Positions 8,650-18,660 of a DNA stretch of 64,000 bases are shown in pieces. The number at the start of each line of letters is the position of its first letter. Position 1 is the stretch's first letter. The notes under the pieces are model-generated. The model did not search any database and was not told the DNA's origin. It saw nothing but the letters and a program-made list of their open reading frames with translations. Both the position numbers and the translations under genes were made by a program. Origin of the DNA: Oligoflexia bacterium (lineage in GTDB: Bacteria > Bdellovibrionota_C > UBA2361 > JBGSMV01); NCBI GenBank assembly GCA_019694515.1, contig JAIBBU010000001.1:235716-299715 (forward strand). Direction: 5' to 3'.

Positions 8650-10665
8650 TTGCTTAGTACTTTCAGCAGGTTACAATCAATGAAACTCGACATCCCTCGG
8701 CTTGAGAAGCTTGCCTTAACAATTCGGATGCTTTCTGCGGATGGCGTTGAGAAGGCCAACTCAGGTCACCCTGGTATGCCGATGGGCGCGGCGGACTACG
8801 CTGCGGTGCTGTGGGCGAACTTCATGCAGTTTAATCCAGCGAAGCCCGACTGGCTGAACCGTGATCGTTTCGTCCTCTCCGCCGGGCACGGCAGCATGCT
8901 GCTGTACTCGCTTTTGCATCTGTTTGGTTACGATCTCCCCCTTAGCCAGCTCCAGAGCTTCCGGCAGTGGGAAAGTAAGACGCCTGGTCATCCGGAGTTC
9001 GGCGTAACATCCGGGGTGGAGGTTACCACCGGTCCACTGGGGCAAGGGCTATCCAACGGTGTGGGATTAGCGCTTTCTGGAAAGCTGCTGCAGCAGAAGT
9101 ATTCCGCGGAGCTTTTTGATTATCGGGTTTACGGAATAGTTTCGGACGGCGATCTGATGGAGGGCGTAGCCTCCGAAGCCGCCTCTTTCGCGGGCCATCT
9201 TAAGCTCGACAATCTGATCTATTTTTACGATGACAACCAGATCTCGATTGGCGGCGATACTGATATCTGTTTCACCGAAGATGTGGGAAAACGCTTTGAA
9301 GCGTACGGATGGAATGTGCAGCATTGCAGCGGGCATGATTTGAACGCGATCGCGGCCTGCCTGGAGAAGGCCAAGGGTGCTACGGGCAAGCCATCTTTGA
9401 TTGTGGTTAAATCAACGATCGGCTTTGGCAGTCCCAACCGTGCCGGCACCTCCAAAGCGCATGGGGAGCCGCTGGGCAAAGAAGAGTTGAAGCTCACTAA
9501 GGAGAAGTTGGGCTGGCCGCAGGAGCCGGCATTCCTTATTCCGAAAGAGGTGGGGGAATATTGCTGTGCGTTAGTGGGCGAGAAGGAGCAGACCTACCAA
9601 GCTTGGAATGTGAAATTCGAGAGCTGGAAAAAATCCAACCCACAATTGGCGGCCGAACTTGGTGCGCAGATATCGCGGGAAATTCCGGCAAGTTTAAAAG
9701 AAGATTTGCTGGCTGCCTTTAAGATCCCGAAAAAAGATGCGACCAGAAATCTTTCAGGTGAAGCCATTCAGGTAATTGCTAAGAAGCTAAGTTACTTTAT
9801 TGGAGGTTCCGCCGACCTGGAACCATCCACTAAGACCTTGATCAAAGGCAGTCCCGACATTCAGCCGGAAGCCTTCAGTGGGCGTAATATTAGGTTCGGT
9901 GTGCGGGAGCATGGTATGGGCGCCGTTGCTAACGGACTGGCATATTGCCGCTGCTGGCTTCCCTATACCGCTACCTTCCTTGTGTTTGCTGATTACATGC
10001 GCCCGACGATCCGACTGGCAGCGCTTTCGCATCTGCAGACCCTGTTTATCTTTACTCACGATAGTTTCTGGGTGGGAGAAGATGGCCCGACCCATGAACC
10101 GATTGAGCAGATTGCTTCGCTGCGTATCATACCGAATCTGCATCTGTTCCGTCCGGCTGACGGCATGGAAGTGGCGATGTGTTATTACGCAGCGCTGGGG
10201 ATCAAGAATGCTCCGAGCACGCTGCTCTTTACCCGTCAGAATCTACCGCCATTGGAGCGGCCGGCTGGCTTTAGCCCTGATCAGATTTTACAGGGAGCCT
10301 ATACCGTATGCGGCGAAAGCCACTCGGATCTGGTGCTAATCGCAACCGGCTCCGAGGTTTGGGTGGCGGTGGAAGCGGCCAAGCTTCTAGCGAAGAACGG
10401 TACCCATGCCCGGGTAGTCTCGATGCCTTGTATGGAGCTTTTCCTAAAGCAAGATCAGAAATTCCGCGAAAAATTGATTCCGCCCATGGCGCGGCTGGTG
10501 ACGATTGAGGCCGGCAGTACGGCAGTTTGGGATCGCGTGGCAGGGAGCTCCGGACTCAAGATCGGGATCGATCACTACGGCGCGTCAGCACCCGGCGAAG
10601 TTTTGGCGGAGAAATTTGGCTTCACGCCGGAAGCGGTGGCGAAGAAAATTGCGGGCTGGCTGTAG
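8650..10665 (+). CDS. tkt: transketolase
   Basis: 671 aa. TPP-binding N-terminus (RMLSADGVEKANSGHPGMPMGAADYAAVLW) and a full-length three-domain architecture. An alternative start is the internal Met at 8680 (MKLDIPRLEK...). Confidence 0.95.
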   Translation: MLSTFSRLQSMKLDIPRLEKLALTIRMLSADGVEKANSGHPGMPMGAADYAAVLWANFMQFNPAKPDWLNRDRFVLSAGHGSMLLYSLLHLFGYDLPLSQLQSFRQWESKTPGHPEFGVTSGVEVTTGPLGQGLSNGVGLALSGKLLQQKYSAELFDYRVYGIVSDGDLMEGVASEAASFAGHLKLDNLIYFYDDNQISIGGDTDICFTEDVGKRFEAYGWNVQHCSGHDLNAIAACLEKAKGATGKPSLIVVKSTIGFGSPNRAGTSKAHGEPLGKEELKLTKEKLGWPQEPAFLIPKEVGEYCCALVGEKEQTYQAWNVKFESWKKSNPQLAAELGAQISREIPASLKEDLLAAFKIPKKDATRNLSGEAIQVIAKKLSYFIGGSADLEPSTKTLIKGSPDIQPEAFSGRNIRFGVREHGMGAVANGLAYCRCWLPYTATFLVFADYMRPTIRLAALSHLQTLFIFTHDSFWVGEDGPTHEPIEQIASLRIIPNLHLFRPADGMEVAMCYYAALGIKNAPSTLLFTRQNLPPLERPAGFSPDQILQGAYTVCGESHSDLVLIATGSEVWVAVEAAKLLAKNGTHARVVSMPCMELFLKQDQKFREKLIPPMARLVTIEAGSTAVWDRVAGSSGLKIGIDHYGASAPGEVLAEKFGFTPEAVAKKIAGWL

Positions 10666-10703
10666 CGAAAGTCGGGGCAGTCCCCGATTATAAAAACGTT
10701 AAC

Positions 10704-11393
10704 CTACGCCGCGGTGTGATCAAAACAGAACGTGACCGAATATTTTGTTTCCCCGCACCTGAGCGCGCGATCCAGTCTCACCAGGGCCTGCAGGATACTC
10801 CTTGAATTACGGACGTTTTCGCCCAAATCCAGATTGGAGGTGCTCACGGGCCGCACATCGAATGTTGCGCTGGGAGTTCTTATCTGTAGCCACTTATCTC
10901 CGTATTGCGGAAGCCTCTCGAGCAGGCGGTGATATCTGTGGGCAGACGCGATGAATTCTGTGCCGTCCGGCAGGCGCAAAGTCTGAACTAGGATTGGAAA
11001 TTTCTCGTTATCTGGTCCGGCATCAAAGTCCGGAAACCTCCGCAGAACGGAATGTCTAATGTCCTGGAATACCCCGTCATGCAGGGCCCAGCACTTGTTG
11101 CTGCCAAGCAGGGAAAAAAGCTTTACGGTCTTTCCGTCCAATTCTCGAATGCGGGCTGCGCTCGATAGCCAGTCTGTAAAAGCAGCATAATCAGCTCTTG
11201 AAAGCGGAGGCTTTTCACACCAGCCCCCATAAAAATAGTAACGGCTAAGTACGCTCTCGTAGTGGGAGAACAATCTCGAAGCTGCTGCGTCTACCGCTGA
11301 CAAAACCCCACTAATAATATCCTGTGCCGCGGTTTCGGAGGGAAAATTGGCGCGCGCAGAAGGCGCGCAAGCTGAATGAACACCTGGCACCAT
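10704..11393 (-). CDS. hypothetical protein
   Basis: 229-aa ORF convergent with tkt. No recognisable motifs. Confidence 0.35.
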   Translation of the reverse strand: MVPGVHSACAPSARANFPSETAAQDIISGVLSAVDAAASRLFSHYESVLSRYYFYGGWCEKPPLSRADYAAFTDWLSSAARIRELDGKTVKLFSLLGSNKCWALHDGVFQDIRHSVLRRFPDFDAGPDNEKFPILVQTLRLPDGTEFIASAHRYHRLLERLPQYGDKWLQIRTPSATFDVRPVSTSNLDLGENVRNSRSILQALVRLDRALRCGETKYSVTFCFDHTAA

Positions 11394-11536
11394 ATAGGCA
11401 AACTCCCCGCCAAAGGTTGAAGCAACAAGTGACTAGGCTCATCCGTATCATAGGGGGCGGAGGGAGGTAAACCATAATCTGAATTGGGGACAGTTCTTAT
11501 TTCCTCCCGAGGCGTAATAGGAGCTGTCCCGGTTTT

Positions 11537-13687
11537 CTACTGCCCTTCCTCTGCCAGCGCGAACGGGTTTTGCTTTAAGGCTTCTAGCATGCACAGTTTG
11601 GCCTGTTCCGTCTTATCAAGATCGTACACCGAGCATCTTCGAGTAGCACCGTCGGCTCTGAAACGCACATCCAGCACCCGCGGGGTTGCGGGATCGCCGT
11701 CATGATCAATGTAACAATCTGACCCGCCACACATTCCAGCGGTGCAGCGATCGGCAATGGGGCAGACGATGCCGCCTGTTTCGAGCGCCATTTTCCCTAG
11801 CAGTCCATTCACCCGTCCGAATACGAAGCCGGGATCGCCGATAAACTCATAGGCTTTCTCCTCGGCATCGGAGGAGACCCCGTCCGGTGTGCGGCTTTGA
11901 CAGTCAAAAAATGATTTGCCCTGACAGTAGCCGTCATAGCCGAGATAGCGGGCTCCCGAGGCGTCTAAGAATTCTCCCTGGTCGACGGCGTGATTGCCGT
12001 TAATGTCCTGCCAGATATCGATGAAATTTGGATTGAGGCTGGAGGAATCCAAAACATAGCTAAACATAATTCCGGCATCTCGCAGCCGCTTGCTAAGAGA
12101 ATCGTCAGCAAGTAGCAGCTGCTGTTCAACGTTTTGGAAGGCGCTGTATTGATTGCTGCAGGTATATGAGCCATCCACATTACGGAAGCAGGAGGGCACT
12201 CCGGCGCTTTCTAATACGATGATGCGCTGCGCCGTGTCGGGGCAGGCGCCGGGAGTGGCAAAAATCGATAGTGCGGTTTCGAGCGCTGCGACTAAATTGG
12301 ATTCCGAGAGGTTGTAGCTAGGGACGGAGGCAGTGCTGACAGATCCGGCTGATTTAAAATATGGAAACCAGGCCCGATCGACAAAATTAGGATGCACCGC
12401 GGGAGAGACAACTTGCGCCGGACCGGCTTTGCCGTGGGTGCCGCGGTTGTCTGGATTGGTAAGCTGCAGCAGTTCACCGAATTCACGCGCGAAAGGCTGG
12501 CCCCCGCTGGGCTGTGGGTAGCGGTCGCGGATATCTCCGGCGAACACCACAGCCGAGATGCGATCCTGTTCGAGATCTTGTAAGTCCATGTAACGAACTG
12601 CGGAATTCATTGATTCGAGGAAGCGCGTAAACGGTTGCGGTCCCCGATAACCGTCAGCCACCAGGCTGTCGATCATAACCCAGTCATTCTGCCCCGCCGG
12701 AGTGCCGCCAAAGTCGATCGGCACCGGCATGGCAGTATAGTCGTTCCAATAGTGAGCCGTTGGATCGACTAACTGCGTGATAGGGCGGTTGAGCATGAAG
12801 GTCGGCGGCGCCCCATCGCTGTAGAGCATGTTGCAGGCCACAAATTTGTCCACGCTCCAGGGGCCGGGGGTCATGCAGCTCGCAATACTGAGATCTCCTG
12901 CCCCGATATGTCCGGCATTATCCAAATATACCGACTTATAGGCCATCATCGAGGGAGTATAATTTTTCTTGTACAGCAGCTTGGGAATATTGGTGGGTTG
13001 ATCAGTCACTAAATAGTTGCTGTAAAGGTTTACGCGGTGCGTCTCGGAAGTAGATGACATCGAAACATCGAGCAACATGACGGCGCAGCGCTCCACCGCG
13101 CGCGCGTAAATCGTGGCATTAATATTGGCGCCTTCACCAATCAGAGACATGAAGGGATAGATTAACGGATTATCAACCTGCGTCCGCAGATCGAGCCTCA
13201 CGGCATTAGCGGTATCATTGAAAGTATCCGGCGCGGGGAAGGGTGGATTCGGCACGAAGCAGGGCGCATAGTTTCGATCATGCGCGGCGCAGGACTGCGC
13301 TGTTTCGTACCATTTGCCGAAAGTTAAGCGCCCGCCTTTTGCGATTTCATCGCTTTCTCCATCAAAGCCGATCTCCCCCAGTTTGGCCTGTATTCCGGGA
13401 ATATGATTTGCGCCCGCAATAAAATTGGCGCGATCTCGCGCCGCCGCCAGCCGATCGTTGTAGGCGCCATCCAAGCTCTTCATGTAGTCCTGAAGTGCGG
13501 CCACACCGGCAAGATTTGCTATGTTTTTTAGGCGCGTCTGGCTGGTTGCGATGTAGGCGACTCCGAACACCAACAAGCAAAGAAATGCGAGCACTACTAA
13601 GAAGGCTGCTGCTAGAAACATGATCGCCCCGGATTCTGCACTTCGGCGGCTGCTAGTGATTTGGTTTTTGCGCTGCATTCTCATCAC
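11537..13687 (-). CDS. TadG-like pilus-assembly protein (Tad N-terminal TM/pseudopilin-like domain + vWA-like MIDAS)
   Basis: 716 aa. N-terminal TadE/G-like segment (GAIMFLAAAFLVVLAFLCLLVFGVAYI). A DxSxS MIDAS-like motif (VMLLDVSMSSTS) is present. Last gene of a three-gene co-oriented block. Confidence 0.6.
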   Translation of the reverse strand: MMRMQRKNQITSSRRSAESGAIMFLAAAFLVVLAFLCLLVFGVAYIATSQTRLKNIANLAGVAALQDYMKSLDGAYNDRLAAARDRANFIAGANHIPGIQAKLGEIGFDGESDEIAKGGRLTFGKWYETAQSCAAHDRNYAPCFVPNPPFPAPDTFNDTANAVRLDLRTQVDNPLIYPFMSLIGEGANINATIYARAVERCAVMLLDVSMSSTSETHRVNLYSNYLVTDQPTNIPKLLYKKNYTPSMMAYKSVYLDNAGHIGAGDLSIASCMTPGPWSVDKFVACNMLYSDGAPPTFMLNRPITQLVDPTAHYWNDYTAMPVPIDFGGTPAGQNDWVMIDSLVADGYRGPQPFTRFLESMNSAVRYMDLQDLEQDRISAVVFAGDIRDRYPQPSGGQPFAREFGELLQLTNPDNRGTHGKAGPAQVVSPAVHPNFVDRAWFPYFKSAGSVSTASVPSYNLSESNLVAALETALSIFATPGACPDTAQRIIVLESAGVPSCFRNVDGSYTCSNQYSAFQNVEQQLLLADDSLSKRLRDAGIMFSYVLDSSSLNPNFIDIWQDINGNHAVDQGEFLDASGARYLGYDGYCQGKSFFDCQSRTPDGVSSDAEEKAYEFIGDPGFVFGRVNGLLGKMALETGGIVCPIADRCTAGMCGGSDCYIDHDGDPATPRVLDVRFRADGATRRCSVYDLDKTEQAKLCMLEALKQNPFALAEEGQ

Positions 13688-13737
13688 TATAAAATTTTAG
13701 ATTCGAACTTGTCAGTAGCCGCAATCGTGTCTGGTAG

Positions 13738-14763
13738 TCATCCCGATACCCGCAATCCACCTCTATCGCTGCCTCCCCCCGGAGGGGCCGATGTCGGCGG
13801 CACGCCGCTCGTCGGACTAGGTTGGGGTGACGCTGCCGTGGTGGGCTGTGTTGTCGGTAGTGCAGTGATCTCAAAGATCGGTGTTCCGGTGGGCAAGGCT
13901 GTGACCTCAGCAGTTGGCCGCGCGGTGGGTATCGGGGAGACCGTCGCTGTCGGCCGTGGCGTCTCAAGCGCCGTGGGAGCCGGTGAGGGTGTGGCTGTGG
14001 GATCGATATTCTGTTCGGGGGTCGGTGCGGGGCTCGAAACGCTGGTCGGCAGCTTGAATGGCTGCGGCCTTGCTCCGGCGCGTTTGCGTTTGAGATAGGC
14101 AAACTGCATTGCGCGCAGTTTTAAGGGCGGCAGAACTGGAACGAAAGGTTTGAACTCGGCAATCAAAACAATTGCGACCGGTTCTTTATCCAACACCTCA
14201 TCCCAGTTCTCGGTTGGTTGTGGCCATCCGCTTAAACCGGCCGCCGCCGTGAAAGGTCTGGTGGGATGCTCGACCTCTTCAGTGCTGCCATCAGAGTAGT
14301 GCGCTAATACAGCCTCGCCGGGGCGGAGGATCGCTGCGCCGCGTCGAATGGAGCGGAGGATTACGGGATCTTCGGGATAGCGATAGTAATGTTCAAATTC
14401 GACCAGCCTCTGCGATCCCTCGATGTTGGGGGGACTTGCTACTAGAGCAGCTAGGCCTGTGGCGCGTTCCAGAATTCGATTTACTCCACTGGAATACCGT
14501 AGGCAGGCCTCCGCTTCCGGCGTAGCCAGCGGCTGGCTGCATTTGGCGATGGAGGTGTCGACAGCAATCTCTAACTTCGAGGCGAGGTCGGCCGCTGAGT
14601 AGGCCGAGTAGTTCAAGAGTAGGAGTGTCGTAACGAAGCGACCCACATCGATTAGGCAGATCACGAAGACAAAGAACATCAACATCGAGATGGAGGCTTC
14701 GACTAGGACGGCGGCTCCTTCCGCTTTAGTATTTAATCGCATCCTTGCGAAGGGTTTTTTCAT
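13738..14763 (-). CDS. TadE-like protein with C-terminal Pro/Thr-rich low-complexity tail
   Basis: TadE/G-like N-terminus (KAEGAAVLVEASISMLMFFVFVICLIDVGR) starting at the internal Met MKKPFARM (14763). The track ORF extends to 14976 and would overlap the upstream gene by 200 nt. C-terminal ~100 aa are PT-rich (PTATPSPAPTALETPRPTATVSPIPT...). Confidence 0.6.
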   Translation of the reverse strand: MKKPFARMRLNTKAEGAAVLVEASISMLMFFVFVICLIDVGRFVTTLLLLNYSAYSAADLASKLEIAVDTSIAKCSQPLATPEAEACLRYSSGVNRILERATGLAALVASPPNIEGSQRLVEFEHYYRYPEDPVILRSIRRGAAILRPGEAVLAHYSDGSTEEVEHPTRPFTAAAGLSGWPQPTENWDEVLDKEPVAIVLIAEFKPFVPVLPPLKLRAMQFAYLKRKRAGARPQPFKLPTSVSSPAPTPEQNIDPTATPSPAPTALETPRPTATVSPIPTARPTAEVTALPTGTPIFEITALPTTQPTTAASPQPSPTSGVPPTSAPPGGGSDRGGLRVSG

Positions 14764-14774
14764 AAAATCTAAGA

Positions 14775-15461
14775 TCACCGGCGAGCGTTGTATTTCCCTA
14801 ATCCACGCCTGACCGGAATAATGAGGCCCCAATCGATATCTTCTCCGCCACCGCCTCCTCCGGGCCCTTCGCCCAGCTGGGTGCTGAACGGCATTGGACT
14901 GGCTTGGCCCACGCAGCTTGGTGCGGCTGGACAGGCCACCCCGCAGCACTGCGTGCCATCGCAGGCGTATTGGCAAGCGGGATTACTCGCGGAGGAGAGC
15001 GCGAGAGGGAGTGTGGAATAAGAGAGCAATACTGGGCCGGTGAAGCCGATATTCATCTTGAGGGGATATGGGCTCTTCAATAGGCGTGCGACTTCACCAT
15101 TTAGATCGACCTGAACTGTGCGATTGCTTGTGGCGTCGTAGCTGGCATTGAATCCAAGCTCCGTGACTAGCTGTTGACCCTGAATTCCCGAGAGCGTTTC
15201 TACTCTCTGGTTCATCACGGGGATGGCAACTGCATGTGGGGTTTCCCCACCCAACAGAGCGGCCTCAAATGCCGCCTGAGATACCCAGGTCCCCTGTATC
15301 AAGGTGCGACCAAGCTCGACTATTCCGAAGAAGATCAGGGTTAAGAACGGGACGACTAGTGCAAACTCAAGTAGAGCGGCTCCTTGCTCTTTCACTGGTC
15401 CGTGTGAATTGAGTAACTTATACATCTGAGGTGCAACCCGATGAGAAAACCTGCTAACCAC
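14775..15461 (-). CDS. TadE-like pseudopilin-family protein with Cys/Gly-rich C-terminus
   Basis: TadE motif EQGAALLEFALVVPFLTLIFFGIVELGR. C-terminus NPACQYACDGTQCCGVACPAAPSC...GGGGGG. An alternative start is the Met at 15425 (MYKLLNS...). Confidence 0.6.
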   Translation of the reverse strand: MVSRFSHRVAPQMYKLLNSHGPVKEQGAALLEFALVVPFLTLIFFGIVELGRTLIQGTWVSQAAFEAALLGGETPHAVAIPVMNQRVETLSGIQGQQLVTELGFNASYDATSNRTVQVDLNGEVARLLKSPYPLKMNIGFTGPVLLSYSTLPLALSSASNPACQYACDGTQCCGVACPAAPSCVGQASPMPFSTQLGEGPGGGGGGEDIDWGLIIPVRRGLGKYNARR

Positions 15462-15851
15462 CCATAGTTGAGATTGGGTTGGGTATGCTCAGGTTCAGAG
15501 GCTGAACACGTGTTCTAGAGCGCTTCCCGAAGGTCTATGCCGCGAGCGGAGCGAGAGGCAGAGACTTTCGAGCGCTCGTCCGCCGGAGGCGGACCGCCCG
15601 GAGGGAGAATTTCCATAGCGGTTCGCTACGTACTAGCGCGCCATAGGCGCGACGGTTGTTCTTACTTAGTGAGAAGCTATGCCTCGCCGACGATGGAAAT
15701 CTTAAATACCCCCATCCTCTCACGGCAAGGACTCTTGAGAACCGCTATAGGGGCAGAGCAGGAACGGAACCCGGCGAATCTCCTGATTCAAATCTAGGGT
15801 TTAGCACGATGGCCTGTTCGGCATATTATCAGCCCATTCTGCGGAATCTGA

Positions 15852-17414
15852 ATGTTATCCCAATCGAACAAGTTCTCTTGGATCAAGCCGGCCGGTCTTA
15901 ACGACTTCTTAGTCCTATTGGCTTTCATCTCGCTGGTAGCGCTCTCTTCTCCCGAATTCGCTTTAGATCCCGGGGTGGGATGGCACCTAAAAACCGGCCA
16001 ATGGATCTTAGAGAACAACACCATTCCCTATAGCGATCCCTTTCTTGCCGGGAACGTTGCGCGTCCCTGGGTCTCAGATCAGTGGCTAAGCGATGTCGTG
16101 CTCTATGCGGTCTACTCGTTGCAAGGTTGGCCTTTCCTGTACGGGTTCCTGCTTTCGGTGATCGCCTTTAACTATCTGTTCATTGTGCGCCGTGGGGTGT
16201 TGAAAGCGACGGCCGCTCCGCTGGCAACCTGTTTTGCAGTGCTTTATGCCTTCAAGCTGGGCCAGATCCACTTCATACTGCGCCCGGTTGTGTTCAGTTA
16301 TCTGATGTTCAGCCTGGTGTATTTTCGTGTGTACAAGCTGTATGCGGTGCTTAAAGAGGAGCGCGTCCCCGCTTTTGATTGGGTGCTGGTGTTGTGTTTT
16401 CTGGTGTGGGCGAATTTGCATCCAGGCTTCGCCTCAGGTCTTTTGCTGTTGGGTTTGTTGCCGGTTTCAATCTTAGTCGATCATTTCGTGTTAGGGACGG
16501 TGAACGAACTTCCCAAGAAGAGTTTGATTCAGCTCTCGGTGCTGGTTTTTGTTTGTTTGCTTGCAACTCTGGTGAATCCGTATGGATATGAGCTGCACCG
16601 CAGCATTATAGAGCTGGGACGAAGCAGCTATTTCATGGATCTGCACAATGAATGGAAGAGCCCCAGCTTCAAGGAGGCAGCTGGTCTCTATTTCTTAGGT
16701 GGGCTGCTGACGCTGACCATACCGGGATTGCTGTTCGGGTACCGCACCGTGGGATGGCGGGCCTTCGAACTTCTGATGCTGAGCTGCTTTGCGATCATGT
16801 CTTTTAGAGCTATCCGCGTTTTCCCAATTTTTGGAATTGTCTGCACACTGCCTTTGGTGCAGGCGCTGCATGCATTTAAAGATCTGGCTCTATTGCAGCG
16901 CACGGCTGGCTTTTCGAAATTAACCTTTTATTTAGAGCGACTGTCGCAGCGCGAGCGCCGCAGCATGATGGGCACTCCGGTTTTTTGTGCATTAGTTGCG
17001 ATCGCGCTTGCGGGGTCGCTGTGGCAAGGAAGACTTCCGTACTATCCCGGTCCATTCGGACCGCCCGCTAGTCATTATCCATACGGGGCGCTGAGCTATC
17101 TGGCCGGATTGCGCAGGCCCGTCGTGGTCGCATGCAATCCTAATTGGGGCGGATTTTTTACCCTGATGGGAGGCGGAAACATCCGGCCATTGCTAGACGA
17201 TCGCAATACGCTGGTCGGCGAGGAGTTCCACCGGCGCTTCATGGAAAAACTTTCAGCTAAGCCCGGCTGGGAGGAATATTTCAAGGGTTTAGGCGCGACC
17301 CACCTGTTGGTCGAAAAAAGCACCGCATTAGCCACGCTCCTTAAGCAAAAGGGGGCGCGGCCCTTGCTATACGAAGACAATTTGGCAATCGTATACGGGT
17401 ATGATGACGAATAG
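15852..17414 (+). CDS. polytopic integral membrane protein (possibly GT-C-like glycosyltransferase)
   Basis: 520 aa with about 10 or more hydrophobic TM segments. Overlaps the downstream VKOR-DsbA gene by 14 nt, so it is in an operon with it. The family assignment is uncertain. Confidence 0.5.
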   Translation: MLSQSNKFSWIKPAGLNDFLVLLAFISLVALSSPEFALDPGVGWHLKTGQWILENNTIPYSDPFLAGNVARPWVSDQWLSDVVLYAVYSLQGWPFLYGFLLSVIAFNYLFIVRRGVLKATAAPLATCFAVLYAFKLGQIHFILRPVVFSYLMFSLVYFRVYKLYAVLKEERVPAFDWVLVLCFLVWANLHPGFASGLLLLGLLPVSILVDHFVLGTVNELPKKSLIQLSVLVFVCLLATLVNPYGYELHRSIIELGRSSYFMDLHNEWKSPSFKEAAGLYFLGGLLTLTIPGLLFGYRTVGWRAFELLMLSCFAIMSFRAIRVFPIFGIVCTLPLVQALHAFKDLALLQRTAGFSKLTFYLERLSQRERRSMMGTPVFCALVAIALAGSLWQGRLPYYPGPFGPPASHYPYGALSYLAGLRRPVVVACNPNWGGFFTLMGGGNIRPLLDDRNTLVGEEFHRRFMEKLSAKPGWEEYFKGLGATHLLVEKSTALATLLKQKGARPLLYEDNLAIVYGYDDE

Positions 17415-18660
17415 TCCGGGCTGGAAAGTTAAATTGGCTGTGCTGCTCTGCCTGCTGGGCGCTATTTTGGCGGGCATCTCGCTCTATCAGCACACCGGCA
17501 TCAAATACGGACTGCAGGTTGAAAAGTCTTTTTGCAATATCTCGGAAAAGATTAACTGTGATGCCGTGAATGCCAGCCCTTTTGCGGAGGTCTTTGGCGT
17601 TCCAGTGGCGAGTTTGGGGATCTGGTTCTATCTAGCACTCGGCACCGCGCTGCTTTTTCTATACGGTCCCGGAAAGACCTCCGCTTTGTTGGCCCTGAGC
17701 GCGGCCGTGGCCTCCCTCTTTTCAATTTATCTCTTTGTTGTTTCGGCATTTGTGATCGGAAGTTGGTGCGTTCTATGCATCGGGCTGTATGTCATAAATC
17801 TAGCGCTGCTTGTGACGGCGCTTTCACTTTCCGCTGGGCGCTTTATTGCTGACGTGCGATCTGGTGCGGCCATGGTGGCTGCATTGCCTTTGGCGATCTT
17901 GGGTCGCGGGAGTTCGGCCTCGGCGCCCAGAATTGCTGCGCTAGTGGGCCTGGCTCTGCTGCTGTTTGCTTCGATCAGTCTCTCCGATTTCATGCTGGTG
18001 CGAGTGATTTACCCACGCGCCGAAAAGCAGGAGGTGAAACAGGCTGGCGATAAGGCTTACATCGCTTGGCAGTCGGCGCCGTCACAACAGCTACCGAGCG
18101 CGAGTTCCGGAGCGTTGACGGGAGATTATGCCAAGGGCACGCCGGGTGCTCCGATTGAGGTCGTGGAGTTCTCCGATTTTGAATGTCCGTACTGCCGCAA
18201 GTTTTATGCGCAATTTGAGGAGCTGCAAAAGGAATTCGCGGGCAAGGTTCACTTTGTCTTTAGAAATTTTCCTTTAGATAAGTCTTGTAATCCGGTCATG
18301 GAGCGTGAGCTTCACAAGAACGCCTGTAACGCGGCGGCCTTAGCCCGCTGTGCGGGAGAGCAGAATCGTTTTTGGGATGCCGTCGATCTGCTATTCAAAC
18401 TTGATCTGGAAGGTTCATTTGAGCGCCTGCTGGAGGATCTCGGCACTGCGCTCGATCTCGATCCGTCGGCGCTAAAGGAGTGTATGAGTTCCGGACGGCA
18501 ATTGCAGAAAATTCGGGAGGATATAGCTGCCGGGACCGCGCTCGGGATCGAAGGCACACCCGCAGTATGGATTAATTCGAAGCATCTACCGATGGCGAAT
18601 GTGGATACGATGCGGCAGATTTTTAACGATCTTTTGGGTTTAAGTTCCGCGGCTAAATGA
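17401..18660 (+). CDS. vitamin K epoxide reductase (VKOR) domain fused to DsbA-like thioredoxin domain
   Basis: N-terminal VKOR-like 4-5 TM region with a CxxC pair (...INCDAV... WCVLCIGLY). C-terminal thioredoxin-fold with CPYC active site (FSDFECPYCRKFY). Confidence 0.8.
   Translation: MMTNSPGWKVKLAVLLCLLGAILAGISLYQHTGIKYGLQVEKSFCNISEKINCDAVNASPFAEVFGVPVASLGIWFYLALGTALLFLYGPGKTSALLALSAAVASLFSIYLFVVSAFVIGSWCVLCIGLYVINLALLVTALSLSAGRFIADVRSGAAMVAALPLAILGRGSSASAPRIAALVGLALLLFASISLSDFMLVRVIYPRAEKQEVKQAGDKAYIAWQSAPSQQLPSASSGALTGDYAKGTPGAPIEVVEFSDFECPYCRKFYAQFEELQKEFAGKVHFVFRNFPLDKSCNPVMERELHKNACNAAALARCAGEQNRFWDAVDLLFKLDLEGSFERLLEDLGTALDLDPSALKECMSSGRQLQKIREDIAAGTALGIEGTPAVWINSKHLPMANVDTMRQIFNDLLGLSSAAK

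Noticed and set aside
8761-10143. Several minus-strand ORFs (8761..9045, 9067..9336, 9225..9497, 9787..10143) and plus-strand ORFs (9878..10339) inside tkt
   Set aside because: They are entirely embedded in or antisense to the highly conserved transketolase reading frame and carry no motifs. They are GC-rich frame artefacts.
13653-14102. Long Arg/Pro-rich ORFs on both strands (13653..14102 - and 13661..14098 +)
   Set aside because: They are shadow ORFs created by the GC-rich, repetitive codons of the Pro/Thr-rich tail of the TadE-like gene (13738..14763). Their products are compositionally absurd (poly-R/P/H), and they lack starts with RBS.
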